From a virus (taxonomy: Duplodnaviria > Caudoviricetes): DNA of 56,557 nt. Location of the stretch: IMG/VR virus record IMGVR_UViG_3300034109_000654, positions 1-56,557 of that record. The stretch is one strand, 5' to 3'. The translations under genes and the position numbers were made by a program. Of the stretch, positions 19,685 to 29,487 are shown one piece after another. The notes below the pieces were generated by a model. The model searched no databases and was not told the DNA's origin. It worked only from the letters and a program-made list of their open reading frames with translations. Each line of letters opens with the position of its first letter. Positions within the stretch are counted from its first letter, which is position 1.

Positions 19685-19750
19685 GGTTGGTGTACTCCTT
19701 TCGGTCGGGTGATTCCCTGCCTTACCCCATCAGTGTACCTGATGGGGCGA

Positions 19751-22388
19751 CTAGACGGGTAGGTTTTCTGCGGAGCAGTTCGGAAGATTCCGGGCATGGT
19801 CGATCCGCCACACTCGGGTGTTGAAGTTGAACGTGACGGTGTACCCGGAGACGGAGAGATCGCAGTCGATGTCGTCGATGAGAACCTCCTCCCGGCCCTC
19901 CGGGTCGGGGTACTCCCAGCACCGCGACATGGCGTGCGCGTAGGAGTCCTCGCCGGTATGGCCGAGCAGCACGTCGGCGCACGCCGCCAGGTCCTGCGGG
20001 CTGCTGACGCTCACCGGGACCTCGCGCCATGCGGTCACCACTTCGCCGCCTGGATCGCGTCGAGCAGCTGGCGCACCATCGGCAGGAACGCCTCGGACAC
20101 GTCCTCGCCGTTGCGGTGGTCGATCAGGGTCTGATGACCGGCGAGGTTCTCGAGGTCGGTGATGAAGTCGCTCAGGGCGTGCTCGTCGTCGTGGAACCGG
20201 ACATCGACCTCGACGGACTTGATGATCGGGTTGTTCATCGTGCGTACTCCTTTCGTAGCTGTTGCTTGTCCCAGGACCGGGACCGCTTGTGCTTGCCCAT
20301 CGGAATGGGCACCGCCGCATTGGAGCGGCGGAGTTCCTGGCGGCGCACCGCGGCCTGTCGGCCGGCGGTGGCGGGGGTGGGTTTGCGCTGGCTCACGGCA
20401 GATCCACCCCGTCGGACAGCTCGGCGAGGTACTCGTCGACGTAGGGGTTGCGCCACGGTGCCAGCACCACGAGGTAGCCGTTGTAGGTGTGCCAGCGCAC
20501 GACACCCGGGCACGGCACGTCGATGTCGATGAGGGCCCCGTAGCGTTCCTGAACCTCGGCCAGGAACTTCGACACGTCGTGGGTGTTACCGGCATCGTGG
20601 CCGTCGCCGCTGGGGCGGTGGCCGACCCAGTAGTGGAACATTCCTCGTCCGCTCACTTCTCCTCCTCACAGTCGTGGCCGAAATAGAAATCCTGACGCTG
20701 ACGGATGTCGGTCAGGTCGAACTTCTTGCCGCACTCCGGGCAGCGCGGCCGGGGCACCAGGAACGGGATCACGGTCACCACCTCAGTCCCCACACCACGC
20801 GCTCGTAGGCGCAGTCGATGCACCCACACCACGGGTCGCGGAACAACAGCCAGTCGCAGAACATCAGACCTCCTCGGTGTCGGGGTGGGTGTCGTAGTGG
20901 CGGGCGATGGCGCCCTCACTGTCGGTCTCGTAGTCGCAGTGATCGCACTGGTAGAACTCGCTACCCTCGATGAGCGCCACGACATGGGCCACCGACTCGG
21001 TGACGTTGAGGTAGCCGTTGAGAAGCCCGATGCTGGTGTAGATCGTCAACCGGGGCCGTGCCTGGGTGTAGTCCCTGACCGACTTGGTGGAGAGGGTGGA
21101 GATGTGGTCCGGGTTGACCTGGACCTGCCGGTACTCGGGGTCGGCCCCGAACAGGGTGAGTTGGATCAGACGCGGCATCACGCCACCTCGCTTTCGTTGA
21201 TGTGATCGGGGTCGGGCTCCTCGGGATCGGGGCCCATGTACTCGATGGGTTCGGCACCGCAGCACTCGGTGACGAGGGCGTAGGACTCGTGGTAGTACGG
21301 GGCACCCCAGTACTCGACCCAGCCGATGCTGTTGTCCTCGACGGTGATGGCCGGGTCAACGGCGCGACAGGCGGGGCACTGCCGGTCGAAGGGGAACTCC
21401 CGGTCGACGGCGTCGTCGAAGTCCTCCTCGCAGCGGAACCTCATTCGGACACCTCCTCGCCGGCCGACGAGGCGGTGTCCATGTCGATGGCGTCCCAGCC
21501 CATGCGGGTCATGGCTTCCTCGATGGCGTCGGGGTCGGCACCGCGGAGCTCGGTGGGCGAGAAGGCGCACACCGAGAACCCGCGATCCCGCAGCATCTGC
21601 AGCGCGTCGAGGACCTCGGGGGTGAGGTCGTCCTCGATCTGGGCGTGGTAGTCGGTCATTTCCACAGCCCCAGCGAGCGCATCATGACCTCGTGCATGAA
21701 GTCGGCGAACTCCTGCACGCGGTGCCGCTGATGCGGTGCCCACCAGTCGGCGGGAGGCAGATCCCCGGTGGCGGGGTCGACCTCGACGTAGCAGGCCCGG
21801 CAGCCGGTGTAGCCGTCGCAGCCCTTCGCGCTGGCCCCGCAGCACGGGGTGACGTAGAACGCCTCGCCGTCGCTGTTGACCGCGATCTCGATGCCGTGGC
21901 GCTCATCGACGCCGACGACGCGGGTGACGTAGTTACGCATCAGAACACCATCCGCGAGGCGGCGGCACGATCGAGGTCGCGGATGCGGCCCCGAATGGCG
22001 ATGACGGTTTTCTCGTTGGGCCGGTCCTCGGCGAGCTCGATGTCGAGGGCGCGCTTGGCCTCCTCGATCTGGTCGAGGATCGGTTGCAGCTTCTCGGCGC
22101 GGGTCAGCAGCCGCGCAGCACGGTCGCTCATCGCTGACCCCGCATCCGACGCTGCAGGCGCAGCGAGAAGTTGTTGATCGCCTCGAGGTAGGTGCCGCGG
22201 GGCAGTGCGCCGTGCACGGTGGCGTCGGCGCTGATGTCGAGGGCGGTGTACTCGTCGAGGTCGTCATTGACCAGGATCGCGTAGCCGCTCCCCACGTCTG
22301 TCCAGTCGGCGAGCGCGACGAGCGGGAACTCGAAGTGCTTGTTGATCGCCTTGACCGCAGCGATGTGCTGCAGCTTCGTTGCTCTCAT
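19751..22388 (-). CDS. Operon of roughly a dozen very small ORFs (including 20393-20656, 21940-22131, 22128-22388), several with CxxC motifs
   Basis: Chained overlaps with GGAGG/GAAAGGA RBS; promoter/leader at 22399-22441. Individual starts are uncertain. Confidence 0.6.
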
Positions 22389-22537
22389 TCTCGGTGATTC
22401 CTTTCCGGTCGGGTGGTTCCCTGCCTTACCCTGTCAGTCTAACAGGTCAACCGGCATTTCGGGTAGTTCTCGGCCGCACCAGATCGGAGTAGAAAAATGG
22501 CCCCATCCCAGGCGGGACGGGGCCGGTGAGGGGCAGG

Positions 22538-22903
22538 TCAGCCGGACTGGCGCAGCGACTCCATCACCCGGGGCCACTGATCGAGGACCTCGCGGGCCTT
22601 TCGGTTGCGGCCGATGGCGGTCAGAGCGTCGGCCAGTGTCGGGCCGGGCGCGGTTTTGAGCGCGGCGACCCGCAGCACGGCCCGACGGATGGCGGCCTGG
22701 TCGTAGTGAGCGAGGGCGTCGTTGCATTTGTCGGCCAGCGCCGGCACTCCACCGGAGGTGCTCAGGACAACGCGACCGGCGACCTTGCGGAAGCGGGCGT
22801 CGGCGTCGAAGAAGTCGGAGAGCAGGGTGTCGATGTCGACTCCGCGGGAGGTGGCGATGCGGTCCAGGGCGTGCAGAGTCTCGTTGGTGATGTACGGGGC
22901 CAT
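22538..22903 (-). CDS. Leaderless small protein, ribbon-helix-helix-like N-terminus
   Basis: YITNETLHALDRIATSRGVDIDTLL; TAAACT 6 nt before the ATG. Confidence 0.6.
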   Translation of the reverse strand: MAPYITNETLHALDRIATSRGVDIDTLLSDFFDADARFRKVAGRVVLSTSGGVPALADKCNDALAHYDQAAIRRAVLRVAALKTAPGPTLADALTAIGRNRKAREVLDQWPRVMESLRQSG

Positions 22904-22990
22904 GCAGTCAGTTTACCGAAGGCGGCATTGTACCGTCCAGCTTTCATCCCGTCAATATCGAATGTTTGTTCGACGACATCGGCACGGGGG

Positions 22991-23020
22991 TTGACAAGGA
23001 CTTGACGGGGACATTAGGCT
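22991..23020 (+). promoter_or_regulatory. Consensus SigA-type promoter
   Basis: TTGACA (22991) - 18 nt - TAGGCT (23015); no convincing ORF downstream. Confidence 0.6.
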
Positions 23021-23492
23021 CGGAGCGAGGCCCCAAGCCAGGGAGCGAGGAGCCGCCCCCGACGAGGTCGAGGTCGACGACCTCCCCGCGCGGCGAAGCT
23101 GTTACCCTGTAGACTATCTCGAGTCCGTAGACGATGCAGGCGTGGACAGACGCCGCAGCCGTCGAGCCACGCTCTCATGCTTGACGCATCGCGGCTCACA
23201 GGCCGGGGCGAGGTCGATGCCTGACGAGCTCGGTGATGACGCCGCCCGTTCGGGCGGTGACAAGGCTGCGCGAAGTATGCGCTCTCGAGTATTCGGAAGT
23301 TTGTACCGAGGTTTGTGTCGCAGGCTGCGGTGCGGGGCCGCGGGAAACCGAAAGGCTCTCAGAGCGATTCTGCCGGGCGGTGCATACCGAACCCTCACTC
23401 AACCACCGAAAATGGCTCTCGGTGCCGTACAGGGGCGAATAGAGGGCATCTAGGCGAGGCGGTGGAATGGGCGAGGGCGTAGAATGACAGTC

Positions 23493-23726
23493 ATGACGGA
23501 CAAGACAGCGAGGCGAACACCGAACGTCGAACGGATCAGCCTCCGCGCGCCCGAGGGCTTCGGTAGAAAGTTGAAAATGGCAGCGGCCGAGGAGGGCGTC
23601 CCGGCGGGCGTGCTGATCGACCGGCTGCTGGACGCCCGCCAGTCGCGGCTCGCTGACCTGCGGAAACGGCAACCGTCGCCGCTGCATCGGCCACGGGACG
23701 AGGATTTCGGCCACTTTTTGCGATGA
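23493..23726 (+). CDS. Leaderless ribbon-helix-helix DNA-binding protein
   Basis: ERISLRAPEGFGRKLKMAAAEEGVPAGVLIDRLL; TAGAAT 7 nt before the ATG. Confidence 0.7.
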   Translation: MTDKTARRTPNVERISLRAPEGFGRKLKMAAAEEGVPAGVLIDRLLDARQSRLADLRKRQPSPLHRPRDEDFGHFLR

Positions 23727-23758
23727 GATGGGCCGGGCTGCGATGAGATAGGCCCGGG
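23719..23758. repeat. 20-bp-period tandem repeat
   Basis: tgcgatgagatgggccggg and tgcgatgagataggcccggg. Confidence 0.8.
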
Positions 23759-23870
23759 AGCGCGTACTTTCGGACTGTTTTCTTGTCGGGTAGACGCACT
23801 CGAGGCGGGCGGCGGTTGGCGGGCGGTCGGGCGAGACCTCGAGTGCCGGCCGGGCGACGGAAATGGGCCG

Positions 23871-23910
23871 AAAAAAGCCCCCGACCCGGAATCGGGTCGG
23901 GGGCTTCGTT
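23871..23910. terminator. Intrinsic terminator between convergent genes
   Basis: aaaaaagcccccgacccg-gaat-cgggtcgggggctt; U-tract on the minus strand. Confidence 0.85.
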
Positions 23911-23916
23911 CCTGCG

Positions 23917-24126
23917 TCAGGCGCAGAGGATGCCGCTGTCGGGCAGCGGGCCGTTCTCCGTCAGCCAGGTGTTGGCGAACGCGAGGAGCTCGGTGGCGCC
24001 CTCGGGTCCGGTCAGCTCCCGGGTCTCGACGAAGTCGCTCATGGCGGCGCGGAAGGCGACCACCTGCGGGTGGGCGTTCCACGCGGCGTTGAGAGTGGCG
24101 CGTTCGGCGGCGCTCTGCTCGGCCAT
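23917..24126 (-). CDS. Small hypothetical protein
   Basis: GAAAGGAG RBS; ends just before the terminator. Confidence 0.65.
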   Translation of the reverse strand: MAEQSAAERATLNAAWNAHPQVVAFRAAMSDFVETRELTGPEGATELLAFANTWLTENGPLPDSGILCA

Positions 24127-24208
24127 GTGCGGATCTCCTTTCGGTTGGGTTCCTCGAGTGGGGATGGGGCGGCACCCCGGCCCAGCCGGGCCGGGGTGCC
24201 GCGCCCGG

Positions 24209-24751
24209 CTACTTGGCCGCGACCTTGGGGGCCGGAGCCTTGTCGGCCTTGGCCGCGAGCTGGGCGAGCAGCGCGTTGAGCCGCTTCCACTTGTCGCGGT
24301 CGTCCTTGCGGATGACCTCCCGGTCGCCGACCTTCACCGTGCGGACGAAGTCCTGCTCGCTGTAGGTGACGGTGACCAGGACGTTGCCCTTGCGGAAGCG
24401 CACCGTGCGGTCGAAGGGGGCCTCGGTGTCGTCCTTGTAGCCCGCGTTCTTGGCCAGCGTCAGCGTGTGCTGGCGGAACATGTGCGCCTTGCCGGTGCCG
24501 GCGGGGCGACCTGCCCACGTCGGGCCACCCGGGGCCGCCTTCTTGACCGGCGCCGCCTTCTTGACCGGGGCCGCCTTCTTGACCGGGGCCTTGGCCGGGG
24601 CCTTCTTGGCGACCGGGGCCGCCTTCTTGGCCGGGGCCTTGGCCGGGGCCTTCTTGGCGACCGCCTTGGCCGGGGCCTTCTTGACCGGGCCGGGCTTCGG
24701 CGCGGGCTTGGGGGCCTCGATGACGGCGGCGGTGCTCTCGGTGTTCGACAT
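24209..24751 (-). CDS. Histone H1/HupB-tail-like Lys/Ala/Pro-rich DNA-binding protein
   Basis: Tandem KKAPAK/KKAAPV repeats followed by a small globular domain; own promoter and RBS. Confidence 0.75.
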   Translation of the reverse strand: MSNTESTAAVIEAPKPAPKPGPVKKAPAKAVAKKAPAKAPAKKAAPVAKKAPAKAPVKKAAPVKKAAPVKKAAPGGPTWAGRPAGTGKAHMFRQHTLTLAKNAGYKDDTEAPFDRTVRFRKGNVLVTVTYSEQDFVRTVKVGDREVIRKDDRDKWKRLNALLAQLAAKADKAPAPKVAAK

Positions 24752-24885
24752 AGGTGATTCCTTTCGTCTTGGCGGTGTCCCGCCGTGATTTTCTTACTCT
24801 TTCAGATTACCCTATGGGCGATGCCCACGCAACTCATTTCTCGGGGTTTTCCGAGGTAGACGAGCTGCCGGGGAGGCATTGTCGG

Positions 24886-26263
24886 CTAGGCGTCCTCCTC
24901 TCCGTCCTCGGAGTAGCGGGGCTCGGAGGAGGTGAACTCCCCGCACTCGGAGCACTCGGTGTCCGGGTGGGTCCAGGCCGAGCACCACGGGCAGGTGATC
25001 TCGCCGGGCTCGTCGGGCTCGGGGCCGTCCATCTCGAGCCAGCGGGCCTGCGCCCACTCCTCGTCGGCGCGGGCCTCGGCCGCCCAGACGGTGTGTCCGC
25101 AGCAGCCGCAGCACGGCGCGTCCTCGCAGATCGCCATGTCAGATCACCCACGACACGGTGTCGGGGGCGAACAGGCCCAGCCCCTTGGCGTAGACGCGGT
25201 CGCGCTTGGCCCACTCGAGCAGCTCGGACTTCCACCTCGCCTTGCGGAGCTGGTGGAACGGCAGGGTGACCCGGCACATCCGGCCGTCCTTGAGCTCGCC
25301 GTAGCAGTACGACAGGTCGAAGAACGGGAAGTCCCGGTCGCCGAGCAGCCGCAGCCGGGTGATCCGGGCCAGCTTCGGGTCCGACCAGTACACCTCGGCG
25401 TCGCCATCGGCCGCCAGCCGGTCCAGCAGCGCCTGCTGGCCGCCCGCGGGCAGGCCGTTGATCTCGTGGGCCCCGTACTTGTCGCGGAACGGGATGGTTT
25501 CGATCATGCGTTCGATCCTTTCGTCTCGGAGGTGAGCAGTTCGAGGGCTTCCAGCGCCGAGCGCAGGCCGCTGGCGCGACCGGCCCAGAACTCTGCGCCG
25601 TCGTGGTGGGCCGGGCCGATGTGCCGCAGCCGGTCACAGCGCTCGGCCTCGTTCTCGGCGGTGAGCAGCAGCCCCCGCAGGTGCGTGAGCACCGCGGCCA
25701 TGTGCCCGGTCACGAGGTCCGCCGGGGGAGCCGGACCTTGTAGCGGAACTCAGCGCCATCGGGGTTGGCCTCGAGGCGCTTGAGCCGGTCGAGCTCGAGG
25801 TGCAGCCGCCGCATCCACATCTCCACGGTCTCGCTGTCGCCGGTCTCGGCCAGCCGGACGATCATCTGCGCGGCCCGCAGGACGCGCCGGCGCGCGATCT
25901 CGGGGGTCATCCGATCGGCCATCAGGCGCTCCGTCCCTGGAAGCGGGTGGCGACCCGGTCGTCGGACTGCATGACCCGCTCGGTGGACGGCTCGCCCTTG
26001 TAGTTCGTGTCGCAGACGACGTCGAACCACAACACCCAGCGCTGCTCGGGGCCGTGCCACTCGTAGTTGGCCGCCCGGCGCCGGAAGTTCGGATCACCCA
26101 GCGTCCCGGTCAGGTCGATCACCCCGCGGTCGAGGTTGTTCGTGAACACCCTCATCCCGTGCGTGATCACCTTGCGGTCAGCGGTGTAGACCGGGGGATC
26201 GTTGGGCGTCCAGATCGGGCGTCCGTACTCGTCCTTGCTCGGTTCCCACTTCGTGTTCGTCAT
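24886..26263 (-). CDS. Operon of 5 small ORFs (24886-25137, 25139-25507, 25504-25713, 25710-about 25923, 25922-26263)
   Basis: Coupled starts/stops; promoter -10 at 26302-26307. 24886-25137 has the CEDAPCCGCC motif. Confidence 0.7.
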
Positions 26264-26628
26264 TGCGTTTCCTTTCTCGATGGAGCAACTTACCCCTTAA
26301 GACTATATCACCGACCGACCATTCCGCAACTTCTCGGCCGGAGTAAAAATGCAGATCAGATAGGGCGGGCGGCCGATACAGCAAACGGGCGACCGACGAC
26401 GGGCACCCCGCCCAGCGAGCGGGCCGGTTGTCGGGCGGTGCCCGACAATTCTCGATAGATACGCCCGCCGCCGGCCGCCGCCGCCGCCGCGCCCGTGCGG
26501 CGGCACCGACCGCCATCGGGCCGCCCGAAAAGGGCAGACTCCACCCCCGGTTGGCCTGTGGTTGGCCTGCACTCACCAGGAGGGCCGACCGGCCGCCCGG
26601 CCCCCGAAGGGGCCGGGCGAGCCGGTCG

Positions 26629-27315
26629 CTAGCCGTCGAGCTCGCCCAGGGCGCGCAGGGCGTCCCGGCAGGGCTCGCAGCACCAGATCTCGGTGACCGC
26701 GTCGACGAGCCGCACCCGGACCGTCTTGCCCTCGTCGACCTTGCAGTCGTCGGCTTGCCCGGCCTCGCAGGCCCGAGTCAACGGAGCCGAGATGTGCTCG
26801 CGGCACCGGATGTACCCGAGCCGGTCGCGGTAGACCGCGTACTCGTTGCACCGCGCCGAGTAGCTCGGGCACCCGAACTCCCCGCAGCACCGGCCGTCGA
26901 CCTCGACCTCGCACGTCCAGCGGTCGGCGTGCTCGTAGCAGAGGTCGAGGCTCGTGAGGCCGCCGTCCTCGCCGTTGACCGAGATCCGCACGCCAGCCGA
27001 GCCGCCGCCGCACTCCGCGCACGGCTCCCCGACCGCCAGGTCGAACTGGCACAGCCACGCCGTGACGCCATTGCCGAAGGTCTTGCGACCCGCCGCCTCC
27101 TCCGAGCAGTCCTCGTTGGAGCACTCGAGGTGCGAGTTCGGCACCACGCACTCGATGTCGTGCGGGACGTTGGCGTCGTTGACCTGCGTCGGACACCAGG
27201 TCGAGCACTCCCCGATCCCGTGCATCGTCCGTGCCGGCCCGAGCCCGGTGATCAGGACGCTCACCTCGAGGCCGAGCCGCTCATCATTCGACACGAACCG
27301 CTGCGAATCGCTCAT
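26629..27315 (-). CDS. Cys-rich (20 Cys in 228 aa) putative multi-zinc-finger protein
   Basis: AGGAGG RBS; repeated CxxC...LCxEH-type modules. Confidence 0.7.
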   Translation of the reverse strand: MSDSQRFVSNDERLGLEVSVLITGLGPARTMHGIGECSTWCPTQVNDANVPHDIECVVPNSHLECSNEDCSEEAAGRKTFGNGVTAWLCQFDLAVGEPCAECGGGSAGVRISVNGEDGGLTSLDLCYEHADRWTCEVEVDGRCCGEFGCPSYSARCNEYAVYRDRLGYIRCREHISAPLTRACEAGQADDCKVDEGKTVRVRLVDAVTEIWCCEPCRDALRALGELDG

Positions 27316-27399
27316 GCGATCCTCCTTGCGAACATCGGGCGACAGCCGCACTCCCCGGGATTGGGGAGCCGCTCGAAGCCGCCCTGCGGGAACCTCCCG

Positions 27400-27462
27400 C
27401 CCACGGGCACCGCGCGACATGCGCGGGGCCCGAGGGAAGGGGCGGGGGCCGAAGCCCCCGCC
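27400..27462. repeat. 63-bp structured direct repeat, copy 1
   Basis: Matches 28030-28092 at 61/63 positions; contains a cUUCGg hairpin on the minus strand. Confidence 0.95.
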
Positions 27463-27468
27463 ACCCGC

Positions 27469-27919
27469 CTACACCGGCTGCGGACCGAACTCGTCGAAGC
27501 AGTCGGTCACCGCGTGGGCCGGGCACGCGCCGTGGTCGAAGATCTCGACCTCGACCCCGCACCAGCAGCACTCGCCGAGCCACTCGCTCACAGCCCGGCC
27601 TCCTTCGCGTCGCGCACCCACTCGGGCAGCGCCGCCGCCCGGCGGTCGAGCTCGTCGGCCACCCACTCGGGCAGCCGCTGGGCGGCGCGCTTGGCCGCCC
27701 TGGCCCGACGCCGCTCGGCGTCCCGGTCCCGCCGGGCCGCCTCGCGGTCGAGGCGCTGGGCGCGGGCGCTCACTTGCCCGCGCCCTTCACCCGGTGCGGG
27801 GTGCGGGGCTCGATCACCTTCGGTGACCGCGTGCTCCGCCAGACCCAGCGGTCGGCCTGGGTGCTCCAGACGCTCTCGCGTTCCGTCCACGGGGCGACCC
27901 ACGGTGTCCATTCGCTCAT
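27469..27919 (-). CDS. Three coupled micro-ORFs (27770-27919, 27588-27773, 27469-27591)
   Basis: GTGA overlaps; the block is bracketed by the two 63-bp repeats. Confidence 0.55.
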
Positions 27920-28029
27920 CGGCGAACCTTTCGTCGTGCGAGGCATCGCATGTCGGTGATCCCGACCGCTGTCACCCGGTGATTCCGGGCGCGCTGTGCA
28001 CCTCGCGGTTTCTCGAAGGGCGAACCCTT

Positions 28030-28092
28030 CCCACGGGCACCGCGCGCCAGGCGCGGGGCCCGAGGGAAGGGGCGGGGGCCGAAGCCCCCGCC
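28030..28092. repeat. 63-bp structured direct repeat, copy 2
   Basis: 630 bp from copy 1; follows the stop of 28104-28469 on the minus strand. Confidence 0.95.
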
Positions 28093-28103
28093 CCGCCTGG
28101 CCG

Positions 28104-28469
28104 CTAGGCCGTGGCCGGAGCCTTGCGGCGGCTGCGCTTGGGCGCGGTCGCCAGCTCCTTGTTGACCCGGCCGACCTTCCCGGCGTGGGTCGGGAGGACG
28201 AAGGGCGCCTTGTCGCCCTTCCGGTGCGCCTCCTTGACGAAGTCGCCCTCGTCGTAGCGCACCGTGATCTCCTCGGTGCCCCGGGTGAACACCGTCACCC
28301 GGCCGTCCGCCACCGGCTTCCAGCCGTTGTCCTCGGCGCGCTTCTTCGTGTTGAGCCGGAAGAAGTGCGCCTTCGGCAGCCCGGCGTCGAGCGCCGCCGC
28401 CCAGCTCGGCTTGGCGATGGCCGCCTCGAGGGCAGCGCCGGCGATCTTCTTCGAGGAACGAGCAGCCAT
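28104..28469 (-). CDS. Small basic hypothetical protein
   Basis: GAAGGAG RBS; K/R-rich. Its core (GRVTVFTRGTEEITVRYDEGDFVK) resembles the globular part of 24209-24751 (DRTVRFRKGNVLVTVTYSEQDFVR). Confidence 0.75.
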   Translation of the reverse strand: MAARSSKKIAGAALEAAIAKPSWAAALDAGLPKAHFFRLNTKKRAEDNGWKPVADGRVTVFTRGTEEITVRYDEGDFVKEAHRKGDKAPFVLPTHAGKVGRVNKELATAPKRSRRKAPATA

Positions 28470-28858
28470 GTCGGCTCCTTCGGGTTGGTGGTCGCACGCC
28501 GCACCCCGGCATCGGACCGGGGCCGCTCACGCGACCTGAGGGAACTCCCCTCGCAGAGGGCTCGGAGATGAGGCCGAGCCCTCGGCCAGGGTCCGGGGCG
28601 ATGAGTCCCCGGACTCCCGCCGCCGCCCTTGGGTGGTGTTCCACAGACACCACAGGCCAGCGGTTTTGCAGGCATCCACTATGTAAATTCTCAAACTTCA
28701 CTCAACTGCTTACCCCTTTAGATTACCGTTCCCCTCAACCATGCACCACCCCCCGGTTCGGAGTCCTCGCCTCCGCAATTTTTTGCTGCCGGATGGATTT
28801 GATACTTACCCTTTAGAATAGCCCCGGCTCTGCCGCCGGAACACCTACCGTGGTCGGA

Positions 28859-29452
28859 GTGACCACCACGCCATTCGACAAGCCGACAGTCGATGACATC
28901 GCCAACTCCACACCGGCTTCTGACGAGTCCCTCTGGGAGCGCAGGATGCGCGCGGTCACCATGCGGAACGCTGGCAGGACTTATCAGCAGATCGCCGAGG
29001 CCCTAACCAACGCCGGCACCCCCATCTCGGTCTCCCAGGTCCGCAAGGATGTGGCCAAGGCATACAAGGAGATCATCGGGGAGGCCCGCGACGACATGAT
29101 CGCCCGGCAGCGCAGTGTGCTGTTCGACTTTCAGAGGGCCAACTACCTCGATGCCATCAACACCGACCCTGATCGCACCGATGAGCGTGCCACCGCCCAG
29201 AAGCTGATCCTCTCGGCGATGGACCACGAGGCCAAGCTGTTCGGTCTGTACTCACCGCAGCGGGTCAGCCTGGGCATCAGTGACACCGAGTTCGCCGAGG
29301 AGACCGCCAGGCTCATTTCGGAGCTTGGGTTGCAGCCACCCAAGGAGTTGCTGCTCGGCCGGGAGCGCCAGGAGGAAGCGGTCGACGCCGAGGTGGTCGA
29401 GGCGGTGGAGGCCGCACCCGTCGAACGTGTACCGGACTGGTCAAACATCTGA
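28859..29452 (+). CDS. terS: Terminase small subunit (HTH type)
   Basis: RRMRAVTMRNAGRTYQQIAEAL HTH; C-terminal AKLFGLYSP; first rightward gene after the divergent promoter region. Confidence 0.7.
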   Translation: MTTTPFDKPTVDDIANSTPASDESLWERRMRAVTMRNAGRTYQQIAEALTNAGTPISVSQVRKDVAKAYKEIIGEARDDMIARQRSVLFDFQRANYLDAINTDPDRTDERATAQKLILSAMDHEAKLFGLYSPQRVSLGISDTEFAEETARLISELGLQPPKELLLGRERQEEAVDAEVVEAVEAAPVERVPDWSNI

Positions 29453-29487
29453 GCGGTTTTGGTGCGCCGTGTTGTTATCGTGCGGTT

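Noticed and set aside
19707-19717. MS2 coat-protein operator resemblance of the AUCA-loop hairpins
   Set aside because: The bulged A and lower stem are missing; the likeness is too short to be meaningful.
23220-23350. Hammerhead ribozyme (CUGACGA at 23221)
   Set aside because: No stem II closed by GAAA at a suitable distance; the nearest GAAA is about 120 nt away and I could not build stems I/III.
26466-26490. CCG microsatellite as a phase-variation tract
   Set aside because: Short, interrupted, non-coding and part of a GC hairpin; expected in such GC-rich DNA.
27400-28092. CRISPR array or IS termini
   Set aside because: Only two direct copies 630 bp apart with genes between them; no transposase or cas operon. 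The Cas4-like nuclease at 6885 is an ordinary phage exonuclease.
26428-28107. 559-aa + strand ORF
   Set aside because: R/P/A-rich, runs through the repeats, and is antisense to genes with good RBSs.
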